Shown: positions 28,768 through 42,849 of the stretch, in pieces
Layout of the letters: each line of letters starts with the position of its first letter
How positions within the stretch are numbered: position 1 is the stretch's first letter
Origin: the human T2T-CHM13v2.0 reference genome, Homo sapiens
Strand: one strand, 5' to 3'
Assembly: GCF_009914755.1 (NCBI RefSeq)
Contig: NC_060929.1
DNA: 64,000 bases
Translations under genes and position numbers: made by a program
The notes under the pieces: generated by a model
What the model was told of the DNA's origin: nothing
What the model saw: the letters and a program-made list of their open reading frames with translations, nothing else
Databases searched by the model: none

Positions 28768-29674
28768 CTATTATTACTTTAAGCAAAGTTATCTTTTAGA
28801 TCATTTAAAAATAAGAAAAACAAAAGATTTTCCTTTATCTTCATTTTTTCCTTCTTCAGTGCTCTTCTTTTGTTTATATAGATCCAAGTTTCTGACCTAT
28901 ATCATTTTTCTCTGCGTAAAGAACTTCTTTTAACATTTCTGGCAGGGCAGGTCTGCCAGCAATGAATTCCTCCAGTTTTTATTTGCCTGAGAAAGTCTTT
29001 ATTTCTCCTTCACTTTTGAAGCATAACTTCACTGAACATAGAACTCTAGCTTGGTGGTTTTTTTCTTTTAACACTTTAAATATTTCACTCCACTCTCTTC
29101 TTGCTTGCCTGGTTTCTGATGTGGTGTTGTCATTCTTGTCCTTGTTCCTCTGTTGGTGTTTATTTCAAGAACTTCTCTTTATCTTTAGTTTGCTGCAGTT
29201 TGAATATGATATGCCTAGATGTGATTGTCTTGGTATTTATTCTGCTTGGTGTTCTCTGAGCTTCCTGGATCTGGGTTTCGTGTCTGTTATTAATTTTGGA
29301 AAGCTCTTGCCATTATTAATGCAAATATTTCTTTGACTCAGTTCTTCAGTACTCCAATTACTTGTTTGTTATACCCTTTGAAATTGTCCCACAGTTCTTG
29401 TATGTGCTCTTCTGTTTGGGTTTTTTCCCCCTTTCCTTTTTCTCTTTGTGCTTGAGTTTGGAAATTTTGATTGGCCTCTCTTCAAGGTCACTATTCTTCC
29501 CTCAGCTATGTTGAGTCTACCGATGAATCAGATAAAGACATTCTTCATTTCCGTGTCTGTGTTTTTTTTATGTCTAGCATTTTCCTTTGATTCTTAGTTT
29601 CTATTTACCTGTTTACATTACCCATCTGAACTTGCATATTGTCTACTTTTTCCATTAGAACCCTTAACATATTA

Positions 29675-30033
29675 TAGATATTTACCTACTTACAATGGCT
29701 CAACTTACAACTTTTTGACCTTATGATGGTGTGAAAGTGAAGCACTTTCAGTAGAAACTGTGCTTTAAGTATGCATACAACCATTCTGTTTTTCACCTTC
29801 AGTATAGTATTCAATAAATTATATGAGATATTGCACACTTTATTGTAAAATGGGCTTTGTGTTAGATGATTTTGCCCAACTGTAGGCTACTGTCCTGAGC
29901 ACATTTAAGGTGGGCTAGGCTAAGCTGTCATGTTTGGTAGGTTAGATATATTAAATGCATTGTTGACTTACACTTTTTTTCATTTAAGATGGGTTTATTG
30001 GGATGTAACTCAGTCATAAGTTGAACAGCATCT
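29675..30033 (-). mobile_element. MER47A/Tigger5-like MITE
   Basis: Reverse complement of recalled consensus: gatgattttgcccaactgtaggcta...ggctaggctaagct...agcatctg. Confidence 0.72.
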
Positions 30034-30119
30034 GAAATCATAGTTATTTTAAATTCACTGTCTAATAATTCCAAGGTCTTTGTCATATCTGAGTCTGATT
30101 CTGATGCTTGCTTTATATC

Positions 30120-30469
30120 TGTTATGGGCTGCACTGTGTCCCCACTAAATGCATATGTGGAGGTCCCACCATTACCCTAGAATATGACTGTAGTTGAAGA
30201 TAGGGTCTTTAAAGAGGTCATTAAGGTTAAATCAGGTCATATGGATGAACCCTATAAGGAGGCTATTAGGACATACACATAGACTAAGGCGTGACCACGT
30301 GAAGACACAGGAAGAAGACAGCCACCTACAAGCCAAAGAGAGAGTCTCAGAAGAAACAACGCGCTGACTCTGAGATCTGGACTTCTAGTCGCCACAGCTA
30401 TGAGAAAATACATTTATTTAGCACCAATTCTGTGGTATTTTATTATGGCAGCCTGAACAAATTACTAAA
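30120..30469 (+). mobile_element. MLT1B-like MaLR solo LTR
   Basis: tgttatgggctg...gatagggtctttaaagagg...ctgtggtattttattatggcagcc. Confidence 0.8.
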
Positions 30470-32014
30470 GTCTCTTTAGACTGTGTTTCTTCTTGCCTTT
30501 TGGCATGCCTTGTAGTTTTTTGTTGAGACCCAGACAGGTTATATCAGATAATAGAGACTGAGAATGATAGGCCTTGAAGTGTGAAGATTTATGTTATCTG
30601 GCTAGAATTTGGGCCGTGCTTGATGTTTGCTGTAGCTATAGGAACCAAGGGCTTCAAATTCCTTCAATGCCCTTTTTGTTTCCCTTCACAACTTGGGGCT
30701 TCCCTAAGTACTCCTTCTCAGAGAGAATCTGTTTTCGAGCTCTTTCTGCTGTAATCTACTGTTATCTTACTGGGTCTCTGTTAGGGTGGGGTGATGGTGG
30801 GGAGGAGGAGTCTTCTATATCTTCCAATGAAACCTTAGTGTTTTAATGGACTGGCATCTTGAAGCTGTGACCCTTACAAACGTTTCTCCAGTGATATAGC
30901 TTCTTTTCCCACTGCCCCCTGCTTCCCTGGCTGCTGCATTCCCAATTTATTTCCTTGAATCCCTGACCCCTGTAGACTATATTATTTTCCCCGTAGCTAA
31001 GAAGAAGGCGAGAGGGGACTGGAATGGGAAAAATGTCTTTTTCCAAGTGGGATAAGGCTTAGGCAAAGCCTTTTTCCCTGAAGAGCTGGCTTTCATTGTA
31101 GAGAAGGCCCTGGGCATATTTCCAGTGTTACTCTTCCCCTCTCCCTGCAAGAGCCATGAAGAGATCTTTCTCCGGTGTTTACTGGGAGGACTTGGTGTGA
31201 TTCCTGGAGGTAAAGTCCCCAAATATGTGGCCGCCCTCCTAAGAATGTGGTTCTCAAGAGCGTCTCACTGTCATGCTGGTCCACACTCAACCTCCAGAAG
31301 TTCATCAATACAACCATTCAAGTGCTGCTACCAGGTCCCGGTTCCAGCGACTTCAGCTCCAGGTAGGCAGATCTGTGTCTCTCTGGATGTGCTTGTTTTT
31401 TTTTTTCCAGAGTTTGTGATGACCATTTCCCTTGAAACCTCAGTTTTCTGGTGTGTCCAAGAAAAGTTGTTGATTTTCAGGCTATTTCATTCCTCTTGTG
31501 TTATGGATGGATATGGTAACTTCTAAGTTCTTTATGTGTCAGAGCTGAAACTCAGATTCTCAACTTGGTGGGATCTTTATTGTGATCTATTAATTTTGTA
31601 GGTCAAATTGGGGAGAAATGCACATCTTAACAATACTCAGCCTTTCAATCCATTAACTGGGAATGTCCCTTCATTTACTGAGATCTTCTCTCACTTCTCT
31701 CAGCGATATTTTATATTTTTTAGCATACAAATCTTACATTTGTTTTGTTGCACTTATTCCTAAGTATTTGACTCTTTTTGGTGTTATTGTGAATAGAATT
31801 GTTTCCTTTTATTTTCAGATAGTTTGTTGCTAATATTTAGAAATATAATTGATTTTTCTAGGTTGTCTTGTTTTCTACAGCTTTGCTAAATTCATTTATT
31901 AGTTCTACTAGGTTTGTTTTCAAAGATTCTTTAGGATTCTCTACATATAGAATCATTTCTTCTGTGAATAAAGATAGTTTTATTTCTTCCTTTCCAATCT
32001 ATACGCCTTTCATT

Positions 32015-32205
32015 TTCTTTCTTTCTTTCTTTTTTTTTTTTTTGAGACAGAGTCTCGGTGTGTCACCTCCACCTCCCGGATTCAAGCGATTTGCCCACCT
32101 CAGTCTTCCAGATAGCTAGGATTACAGGCAGCTGCCACCACACACACTAAAATAACTTTTCGTATTTTTAGTAAAGACAGGGTTTCACCATATTGGCCAG
32201 GCTGT
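32015..32205 (-). mobile_element. Alu, internally deleted fragment
   Basis: Poly-T, gagacagagtctc, ttcaagcgat, gggtttcaccatattggccaggctg. Confidence 0.85.
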
Positions 32206-32447
32206 TCTTTCTTGCTTTATTGCACCGACTAGATAAAAATTAATTTTTATAAGCCTATGTTTTGAATTGCAAGCGCTTCTTTGAAGTCCTTGTCAAGCAG
32301 GGGAACTATACACTGGTGATGATATAGTTGGTGCTCATATTTTACAGTAATAAATATAATGATATAAACATACAATCAGCTCACAAAAGGCGCCTATCAA
32401 AATAATCCCACAAAGCTCTTTCCGTACACATCCCATTGGAATTCAGA

Positions 32448-32751
32448 CTTTTTTTATTTTTTGAGAGATAGAGTCTTGCTCTGTCACCCAGGCTGTCATG
32501 GAGTACAGTGACACAATCATGGCTCACTGCAGCCTTGAACTCCTGGGCTCAGGTGATCCTTCCTCCTAAGCCTCCTGAGTAGCTGGTACTATAGTTATGC
32601 ACCACTAAATCTGGCTAATTTTTTTTAGGTTTCGTAGAGATGAGGTCTCTCCACGTTGCCCAGGCTGGTCTCCAACCCCCGTCCTTAAGTGATCCTCCTG
32701 CCTTGGCCTCCCAAAGTGCTGGGATTACAAGTGTTAGCCACTGTGCCTGGC
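32448..32751 (-). mobile_element. Alu (AluJ-type)
   Basis: Antisense dimer with gcagccttgaactcctgggctc. Confidence 0.92.
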
Positions 32752-33035
32752 TGGAACCTGACTTTGAAACTAGATTAGCTGTACCTTAATAGGCCTTGTT
32801 CAGAATCACTGGGTAATTCCCGAATAAAAGTATCCAAGGATACTTCTTTTCATCTACTTGTTCTTTCACACCATTCTTCAACAGATTCAGGACACCTTTT
32901 TGTTTTTTCCTACTGGAGGGTATCCTAGTTTGGGACATATTTTCTATTGTTTTTTTCCAAAATATATTAAAAATATTTAAACATTATTTCACTAAAGACC
33001 AGTACTTTAACAATGGTCCCAAGTCCTATTTTTAA

Positions 33036-33094
33036 ACACACACACACACACACACACACAGACACACACATGCACACACGCACACTCACTCACA
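33036..33094 (+). repeat. (CA)n microsatellite with degenerate 3' part
   Basis: Seen directly. Confidence 0.92.
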
Positions 33095-35307
33095 TTTTGC
33101 TTGGAATTAGAATTGTGGAACTGCAAAGCTGCAGCTTTCACTGGTGTGAGTACACTCCTGAGCCTGCGAAGCAGCTAGAATGCTCATGGCAGGTGGGCTT
33201 TGCATTCTCTTCCTGGAAACATGCCACGCAGCAAGCTAGATCACAGAGATATCTTTGCTGTGCTTTCCAAGCAGACCCAAATCCTGTTCCAGCTGGCCTG
33301 TCCACCTTCTTCCCTGATGGTGCTGCACTGCCAAGTTCCTTTTCTTTGCACTTTCCCTTCCCAGGCTCCCTGCAGGCTGCTCTCTTCTATTACTGTCTCT
33401 TCTCAGCAAAGGTACAATGTAGTTGATTATGCCTCACATGGCTTAATTGCTGCTTGATTACATTACTGTTTCATCCATGTCAGGGCCAGGCAAGTAACCT
33501 AAGTAGGGATGGAGAGGTGCTGCCATGTTTGAAGGACACAGCCACTGCCCAGCCCCTGCAGATTGTTGCCATGAGGGGCTGCAGGACTAGGGCTGTCAGA
33601 TGTGTTTTCTCTGGTTTTTTTTTTTTCTAGCCAGAAATCTTGATATTTATGTGAAATTTTCTGTTTTGAAATGTTGGAAGTGAATTCACACTCTTTAAAA
33701 ATACTGTCCAGGCCAAACACAATACTTTCATGGGCCACATTTGGCTGTGAGCCACCAGTGTGTGACCTCAGATTTACTGTAATCACTTCCAGCTGGAGTT
33801 GTAGGTTGATACAGCTAAGATTTCCAGAGACACTCCTAAATATTAGCAGTAAACTCCTGAATCTCTTCAGTGCCACTCCCATGTATCTTCTATTCCTTTT
33901 ACTGGGTGATTTTACAGAGAGTTGATCTCTTCTCGGGCACTGTGCTTGACCACATTTGCTTTCAGAGGGTAATCTTATCTCAAAGGTCTGAGCCTCCCTC
34001 ACTATGTCATCCCCTCACTATGGAAGGGGCACAGTGGGGACCGTCTTTCTTCATCTCACGTTATAGATTCTGAAGCAAGTGTGGCATCTGGCGTGGTGAA
34101 GGGTCTTGCCCAGGTTCTCATAGTTATTGAGAATGAGCCTCAGATCTCTCCACTGCTAAACTGCTGCTTTCTTTGCCCTGATATAGCCTCTAATCCATAT
34201 TAACTTCAAAAACAGCAAGAGCTTGGGAAGCTTGAATTGCTTAATTTTGTTATTAACTCTTGCTTCTGCCTTTCTCTGCAGCACGTCCATTTCTTTCCGT
34301 CTTTTTCCCACCTCTGTATCCACCTAGCATTCCCCTAAGTGATAGACACAGCAGTTTGGGGACTCCAGAGAGATGAGCCTGGGGGAAATTAGTAGTCTGT
34401 GGATGGGTTCTTAGTTGACCAGCAGTTAGCATTGAAGGATCTGTGATTTCATTCACAGCATTGTGGAAATCAGGGCCTTAGTACAATGGTATGATCTGGT
34501 TAGAGGAAGCATGTATTTCTGTATTGAGAATTGGATTAAATTTGCAGTGAGATATTGATTACTGTGAATTAAGTTGATGTCACATATATACTCTGCTGTC
34601 TACAGTCTCAGGATTTGTGAGAACACTCAGCACTGTTTAAATAGCTTAACAGCATGCATAAACTTATAAGAAAGGCACAGAATCTGGGCTTTTTCCAGGG
34701 TCTAGATTACAAGCTAAAATGTAAAATTTGGGCAGGAATTACATATCAATTTTCTGTTTCAAAATCAGAAGCTTAATATCATGTAGGTGTTGTACTGCAT
34801 TGATTTCCAATGGAGTGTAGATGGGGTAGAATAAGAACAGCCGGGGACTTCCTCAAAATATACCTGTCCCGGTGGGGATTCTGAGTGGCCTCCCAGAGGC
34901 AAGCAGTCCAGAAGAGAGATGTTATTGATGGCAATGTGCTGCACGTGTGAATGGTGTGAAAACAGAAGGCTAAACATCACTGCTCTGCTATCTGCCAGCC
35001 CTAAAAAGAACTATGCTCACTTTCTGAATGCAATTCTCTATCTTCTGGTTAGTCAGAGGATGATGGGAAGCAGGCTGCCTGTGTAACCTGTTTTAGCAAT
35101 GACATTCAGAAGTCTAAGGTCAAAATGTTGGCTGCATGCAATGTTTCTTATATGGGGCCCTCACCATCTTTTCATTTTGGTGTAGCCCACCCTTGCCTTA
35201 TTTCTTATTCATCTCCTCTTTTTCTGTATCATGCTGTCTTTTTACCTTGCTAGGTTCTCACCTTTTGGAATTCTGCTCCTATTTCATGGAGATACATCCT
35301 CTTGCTA

Positions 35308-35508
35308 GGACAGGCTATGTGCTTTGCAGCACCCAGTGTGAAATGAAAATGCAAGTGTCCCTGTTGAAAAAATTATTAAGAATTTCAAGAATTCTTATTA
35401 AGAATTATTAAGAATTTCAATTAAGATGCAGGGCATCTAACCAAGCATGAGACCTTCTAAGCATGGGCGGTGTGTGACACAGGCTGTACACCAAGAAACT
35501 GGCCCTGC
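35308..35508 (-). mobile_element. MER45-like hAT-Tip100 MITE
   Basis: aaatgaaaatgc...aaaattattaagaatttcaaga matches the reverse of the recalled MER45 consensus; local duplication of attattaagaatttcaa. Confidence 0.65.
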
Positions 35509-35752
35509 CTCTTGCAGTCTTGTCAGGAGTCCAGCAGTCTCTTAATGCATCCAACTGGGTCCTGTAGTAAATTGCTCTCAGGATGTGGCCTCCAGTGCAT
35601 TTCTAGGATTATATCTTGGTTCTGTAGAAGTTTTCTGTGGTGAAAAATATATTCGTAGTATCCCTTTATTTTAAAGACGAAAAAATCTTAGGCTGGGAAA
35701 GACCAATTAGAAAGACAAAAACTATCTGAACATAGGACTTCTGATTCTTTGA

Positions 35753-36109
<357 letters not shown>

Positions 36110-36234
36110 TGAAATACTTTTAACAATGCAGGAATGCTGAAAATAATCTCTGATGAGTCAGAAAGACTCTCACTATCTAATGATGATTCAGAGTAAGCAT
36201 AAAAACAAAAATTATCATCATATAAGATTAAAAA

Positions 36235-36529
<295 letters not shown>

Positions 36530-37582
36530 GACTAAAAAAATTCTGTTTCCTGGACTTTTTGGTTATTTGAATCTTTATAATAAAGGCAATAGGGCAAATA
36601 AACAGTGGTGGTCATGTCAGTATTATGCAAAGCTGAAAATTATTATGCAGGAAAGTTAGAAATAGTAGACAGCCTCAAAAATATACAATGAAAAGTGGAA
36701 TTTCTCAATGAACTTTTTTGGGAGAAATAACCAATGATAATGTTGTGATTATGTAAAATTTCATCAGCCTCATACATTAAAAGGATGTGACAAGCTTTTA
36801 GTTAAAAAAATTTTCAAACTGTTATGTCAAAGATTAAATGTGGTAGTCAAAGTAATCTATGGAAACATACTGCTTTTATATGCTTGGTGGTGGAAGTCAG
36901 CACAAGTAAACCAAACATTAAAACTTCTAAGGTCTATGGTAAGGGAGGAAGAGGCTTTCAATCTGCCAGGAGAATATCCCCTTAGACTGTAGGTCCTGTG
37001 TGTGTTCCTTATTTATGCACCAGCTGTGATTAGTACAGGTTGTGCCCTTGCCGGCACTTACAGCCTATGGCTTCACAAGTGCTGGGAAGACATAAGGCGA
37101 TAACTTGATAACATGTAGTTAGCCTTTTTAATTGATTGTAAATACATAGCAGTTATGGGTCATTTTTATAGAGGTGAAGCTCCCAAAGCTTCACCTACAT
37201 CTTGCAAACCATTCTCCTATGCTGCCCAGATGGGCATTTCTGTATATAAATTGAGTGGTTGCACTTATTATCAACATAGCAATGACAACAGTGATTTAGA
37301 GTTATACACTTCAATAGGCATACAATATACTGAGCAATGGTCCAAGTTTTACATATGTTAACTTATTGTGAAGTAGTTAATATTACTATACTCAGGTTCC
37401 AGCAGAGGATACAGAGAGTTAAGTAAATCACCTAAGGTCACTTAGGTCACACAGGGAGTAAGTAGCAGATTTGAATCCTGTCATCTGGCTCTTCTAACCA
37501 CCACCCTACTCTGCTTGAATTTCATCAGTACTTTATTGCCTTGGCCCAATGCACACTTGATGTTTAAAAAATAAGGGAAGAA

Positions 37583-37878
37583 TGCCAGACTCAGTGGCTC
37601 ACGCCTGTAATCCCAGCACTTTGGGAGGCTGAGGCAGCGGGAGGATCACCTGAGGTCAGGAATTCCAGACCAGCTTGACCAACATGGAGAAACCCAGTCT
37701 CTACTAAAAATAGAAAATTAGCTGGGTGTGGTGGCATACATCTGTAATCCCAGCTACTTAGGAGAATTGCTTGAACCTGGGAGGTGGAGGTTGCAGTAAG
37801 CCTAGATCATGCCATTGCACTCCAGCCTGGGCAACAAGAGTGAAACTCTGTCTCAAAAAATGAAAAATAAAAAAAATA
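37583..37878 (+). mobile_element. Alu (AluSp/Sq-like)
   Basis: aacatggagaaaccc and ggcaacaagag features; TSD aaaaaataag(g/t)gaagaa. Confidence 0.93.
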
Positions 37879-38020
37879 AGTGAAGAAGGGGCCCACAGTC
37901 TAACCTGTCACCACCCTAACCTCTGCCTTATACATATAAGGCATAGCTGGAACCTTGTATTTGGGTTTCTGTAGTGCTGCCATTTTGTTTAGGAAGGACA
38001 TGAACCTTTCTCTTGCATGG

Positions 38021-38529
38021 TCTGGTGGTTTTAAAAATATACCACAAATTCTTTTCTACTTCTCCGTTCAAGAAATGGTGCTAAATTTCCCTTCTCTTTA
38101 GTGTGGGCTGGACTTAGTAACTTGCTTCTAACAAATAAAGCGGAAGTGATCGTGTATGACTTTGGCACCTAGGTCATCAAAAGCTTAGCACCTTTCATCT
38201 TGGTCAATCTCTCTCTTGGATCACTTGCTGTGGGGAGAACCAGCTACCAAGTCATGAGGAGAGTCGCACAGGGGAAAAAACTAGGAACTAGGTCTTCTGC
38301 CAACAGCCATGTGAGTGAGCTGGGAAGCAGACCCCGTAGCCCCAGCACAGCCTTCAGATGACTGCAGCCCTAGTGGACACCTGGACTCCAGCCGCATGGC
38401 CCTGAGCCCGATCCACCCAGCTAAGCCTCCAAATTCTTGTCCTAAACAAACTGTGAGATAATAAGTGTTTGTTGTTTTAAGTCTCAAATTTTAGGGTGAT
38501 TTGTTAGGTAGATACAGATAACTCATACA
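38021..38529 (+). mobile_element. MLT1F-like MaLR solo LTR
   Basis: tggtggttttaaaaatataccacaaattc...agtgtgggctggacttagtaac...agataactcataca. Confidence 0.75.
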
Positions 38530-41272
38530 GGTGGTATCACAGTAGCCAGTAAACTTTGACCAAATTATTCATAATCACGTTAAACGTAAGGGGCATATTT
38601 TCATTTTTTGAAAGAGAAGCATTTCTGGGCATCCCCTGTGGAACACAGCACCCTGGGCTTATACTCAACCAAATGTTTTGAAATTGAGGGAGTATATTTG
38701 AAATTAACATGTAGCTTAAATCTGCCTTGTATTTCAAGGTTCCCGAACAGTCTTTCTCTTCTCTCATCACCTGAAGTGCTCTGAATTGAATAGACTCATT
38801 TTTTTCTGCTGTTTGAGAGCCTAGAGCAGTTTGATTTTAACACAACTGTTGCTTAGCAATAAGAAGGAACTTAATGGTTCCAGTCTATTCTGCAAACTGA
38901 GAGGAGCCTCCCCTGTGTAGCTATTGTCTGTGTGTAAGGCTGAATTTTAAATTGCAATTATCATTTGAAGATGAAATTGAAGCTGGCCTATGTGACACAT
39001 TCTATGTACCCTAGCAGCTCAGTTGCCCAGGGAGTTAGACTGGCCCAGTTTGAGGTCCCTTACAGACATGCTGGTCTCTTGGAATTATAAGGTATTTAGA
39101 AGTATAAGACAAAGCTGGAAAGAAACTAGTAAATTCCTCATTGGTAGGAAAACAGGTGGTCTGTATTCACTATATACTTATTTTGTGATTCTGGGACGAA
39201 AAACTTGGCTCTTAAATTGTTGTGACTAGAACCTGGGCCAATGATTTTAGAAAAGAATCCATAGAGAAGTGGGAATTCTAAAATTTGTCGGGGTGCGGCA
39301 GAGGGTGGGATGTCTAGCCACCACTGACCTCGCTACCCTGCTCTGTTGGAAAGGCTCCCAGAAATGTCAGCTGCTTAGAATTTTTAAACACAAGGTGTAA
39401 ATCTGATTGTTCATCAGAAAGGTTGGTATCATTTCAGAAGCCTCCACCCAAATTCAAAGTGTTATTCTTTCCCACTCTGTAGACTAAATTATGTACAAGC
39501 TTACTTGATTTTTAAAAATCTTCAATTGGTTATATAGGTCTTTCTGTGTACACACAGTACCATATCAGGTACTGTGGAAGGATAAAAATGAAATACATTG
39601 AGTAAAAGTACAAGAGTAGAAGGCATTGCTTCTACTCTTTAAGAACTGGTCATCTAGTTGAAAAGGTTAGATGAACAGGCATAGAGTACATGTTAAATGA
39701 TCAAGATGTGAACTCCTGCACGCTATATAATAATCAGTATAATTATCAGCCAATGTTGTTAAACTCTGGATTTGAAAACAAAGTGTCACATTACCAAAAT
39801 AACAAGGCTTCAGTGCATGACCCTGAAATAATAGGTTAATATAGTTTCAAATTATTTCATAGGCTCTTCCAATTAGTCAGCTTTCTCTGGCAGCAGATTT
39901 TTTTTTTAACTTCGAAACACTTTCTTCCTCTGGATCTACAAGTTATACTTTATGGGTATGCATTTCGTGGTTTATGTAACAGTCTGAGGAATTTAGCTGG
40001 TATATTAGATTAGGTGGAGGCAGCATCTGTCATACTGGACTAAATTAATATTTCCAAGATTTCTGCACATGCATCATAATGAGAAGTGATGAGAGACATA
40101 TTGGAGCAAATTATACTTCACTGGTTTTGAAAATCAAGAGTCATAAACCTGCAGGAAACCCCAACTAGCCTAACTGAAATCGAGTAAAATAATAGTGCTG
40201 TGATGTGCTCTTATGTGTGTGTTTTTTAAAATAAATGTAACAAACAGCCATGGGGGACCAACTGTCTCCTTTTTCAGATATTACTGGATCATCAGCTGTA
40301 AAGGCTCTATGTTTAATTATGTCTAGCATTTGAATGGTAACAGCGCAGATGTTACCTGCCTATAATCCTCCTCCTCTCTACAGATTTTGCTTTGTTCTTG
40401 CTTCTTGTTTTTGAGATCCTGCACACAAGTTGAAATTAATTAAAAACAGTAGAGCAACTTAGTCTGGATAAGCCTTCATCTGGCAAATAATGTTACACTG
40501 CCAGAGATTTCCTCTGCCAAAGTCAGTTCTCTTAATTCCCGTAGATGTGTATGAAACAAGCCATAGTCCCCTTTAGAGGCAGGCACTAAGTGCATACGGT
40601 CTCAGCAGAGGTTAGAGTCTCCTGCCTTGCCTTCCTTACCTTCCTCACTGGGTGTTAATGACCTGCAAGTGATGTTCTTTTTGTCTTTTTTCTGTACTAG
40701 CATTATGGATTTACGAAGACCTACGTATTCATTACAACGAGCCTGTGAAGTAGGAAGGCAGATATCATCTTCCTCTTCTGACAGTTGAAGGAACAGGCTC
40801 AGTGAGGGACAGAGACTTACTTACTCAAGGGCAGTTATAAATCACAAACTGGACTCCTAGTCTAGTGCTTTAGGTTACTTTTGTTTAGTGGTATTTCACA
40901 GCCACATCTCTCTGATATTTCAAGGGACAGCTGAAGAATTAATTGGTATGCGGCTCTCACCCAGTGATTTTAACTACCAACCAGCTTCTCAGATTCAGCC
41001 ACTCCCTGCATATAAGAAAGCTCTGAGAACTGCCTTTTATCCCTTTGTGCAGTTCATAGTTTCGGTTTAATTTTCCAACAGGGCTCAGGGCATATTTGGA
41101 TACTGATTGATATACATAGAAGACATATTTAGGGATCTGAACCTATTTCTTTGTTCTCATAAACATTGCTTCAGCTAAACATGTAACAAAACCATCACAG
41201 CAAGTAGAAGAAACACCTGAACGCACCAACTAGATTTGATTTATTTCCTTTGTCATTTAAAAATCCACCCTC

Positions 41273-41471
41273 GAACATCACACTCTGGGGACTGTTGTGG
41301 GGTGGGGGGAGGGGGAGGGATAGCATTAGGAGATATACCTAATGCGAAATGACGAGTTAATGGGTGCAGCACACTAGCATGGCACATGTATACATATGTA
41401 ACTAACCTGCACATTGTGCACATGTACCCTAAAACTTAAAAGTATAATAATAATAAAATAAAATAAAATAA
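41273..41471 (+). mobile_element. Young primate L1PA (PA2-PA4-like) 3' end, about 200 bp, 5'-truncated
   Basis: Near-consensus L1PA 3' UTR with G-tract and ...gtaccctaaaacttaaaagtataataataataaaataaaa. Confidence 0.95.
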
Positions 41472-42270
41472 GAAGAAGATATACAATCAACAAACATACC
41501 AAAAAATGCTTAACCTCACTATTTATTGGGGAAATGCAACCTGATAATTAGTGATAATGCAATTAAAACCACAAAGAGAGACCACATTACTCCTGCAAGA
41601 ATGGCCATAATTTAAAAATTAAAAAATAATAAATGCAGTGAAAAGGGGACTCTTACACTGTTGGTGGAAATGTAAACTAGTACAACTACTATGGAAAACA
41701 GTATAGAGATTCCTTAAAGAACTAAAAGTAGAACTACCATTCCATCCAGCAATCCCACTATTGGGAAAATAAGTCATTATATGACAAAGACACACGATCA
41801 TGCATGTTTATAGCAGCACAACTCACAATTGCAGAAATATGGAACCAAACTGTATGCCTATCAACCAATGAGTGGATGAAGAAAATGTAGTATATATGCA
41901 CCATGGAAAACTACTTATGCATAAAACAGAAGACAAAAGTGGCCTTTGCAGTAACTTGGATGGAGTTGGAGGCCATTATTCTAAGTGAGGTAACTCAGGA
42001 ATGGAGAACCAAACATCGTATGTTCTCACTTATAAGTGGGAGCCAAGCCATGAGGATGCAAAGGCATAAGAATGACACAATGGACTTTGGGGACTTGGGA
42101 GGAAGGGTGGGAGGGGAGGAGGGGTAAAAGGCTATATATTGGGTACATTGTACACTACTTGGTGATGGGGGCACCAAAGTCTCAGAAATCACCACTAAAT
42201 CACTTATCCATGTAACCAGAAACCACCTGAAACTGTTGAAATAAAATTTTTTACAATTAAAAAAAAAAAA
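41472..42270 (+). mobile_element. Older L1PB-like 3' fragment directly behind the L1PA
   Basis: actcctgcaagaatggccataat...gtaactcaggaatggagaaccaaacatcgtatg...ctcagaaatcaccactaa, then AATAAA and A12. Confidence 0.85.
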
Positions 42271-42849
42271 TCCACCCTCCATGAGTTTCACCATCTTCTG
42301 ATGGAGACTTAGGGAGAGAAGCCTCTCATTCTCAAAGACTGGCTGCCCTGTCACATTGTTCTTTCTAAACAGCTTTATGCATATATATTTCACATACCAC
42401 CCAGTTCACCCATTTAAAGTATCTAATTCAGTGGATCCTAGCATTGCCCTGCCATCTTTAGTGGGCTTCCAGTCTTGATTTTTGAAAACACCCAGGCTGC
42501 CTACTGTAGAAAGAGTTCGCTTGGGATCTATGAGAAACTCTTCACTCTGAGTACTGTGGGGTGGGCGGAGGATACAGTTAGGAAGCTCCATGCCCTTGCA
42601 GGTTCACAATCTAGGCCTGAGGATTTGAGCTTCTGTTCTTATTACTTTAAGGAGGGAAATAAGGGGCTGTGTGCCTGTTCCAAAGGACAATGGATGGACT
42701 CTGATTGCTGGTGTCTGGTGATTTGGCAGTGGGAAAAAGAAGTTCTTAGGGTACGTGGGCCATAAGGGCCTTAGGGAGAATGGCCATGAGGGCACGTAAG
42801 AATGGCTCTCCAAGGGGTCAGAAGTAAAGAGTGGTCAAGAGAGTGAATT

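Noticed and set aside
33499-34002. 167-aa minus-strand ORF
   Set aside because: No recognisable domain and no splice or promoter support; probably overlaps a degraded DNA-transposon fragment.
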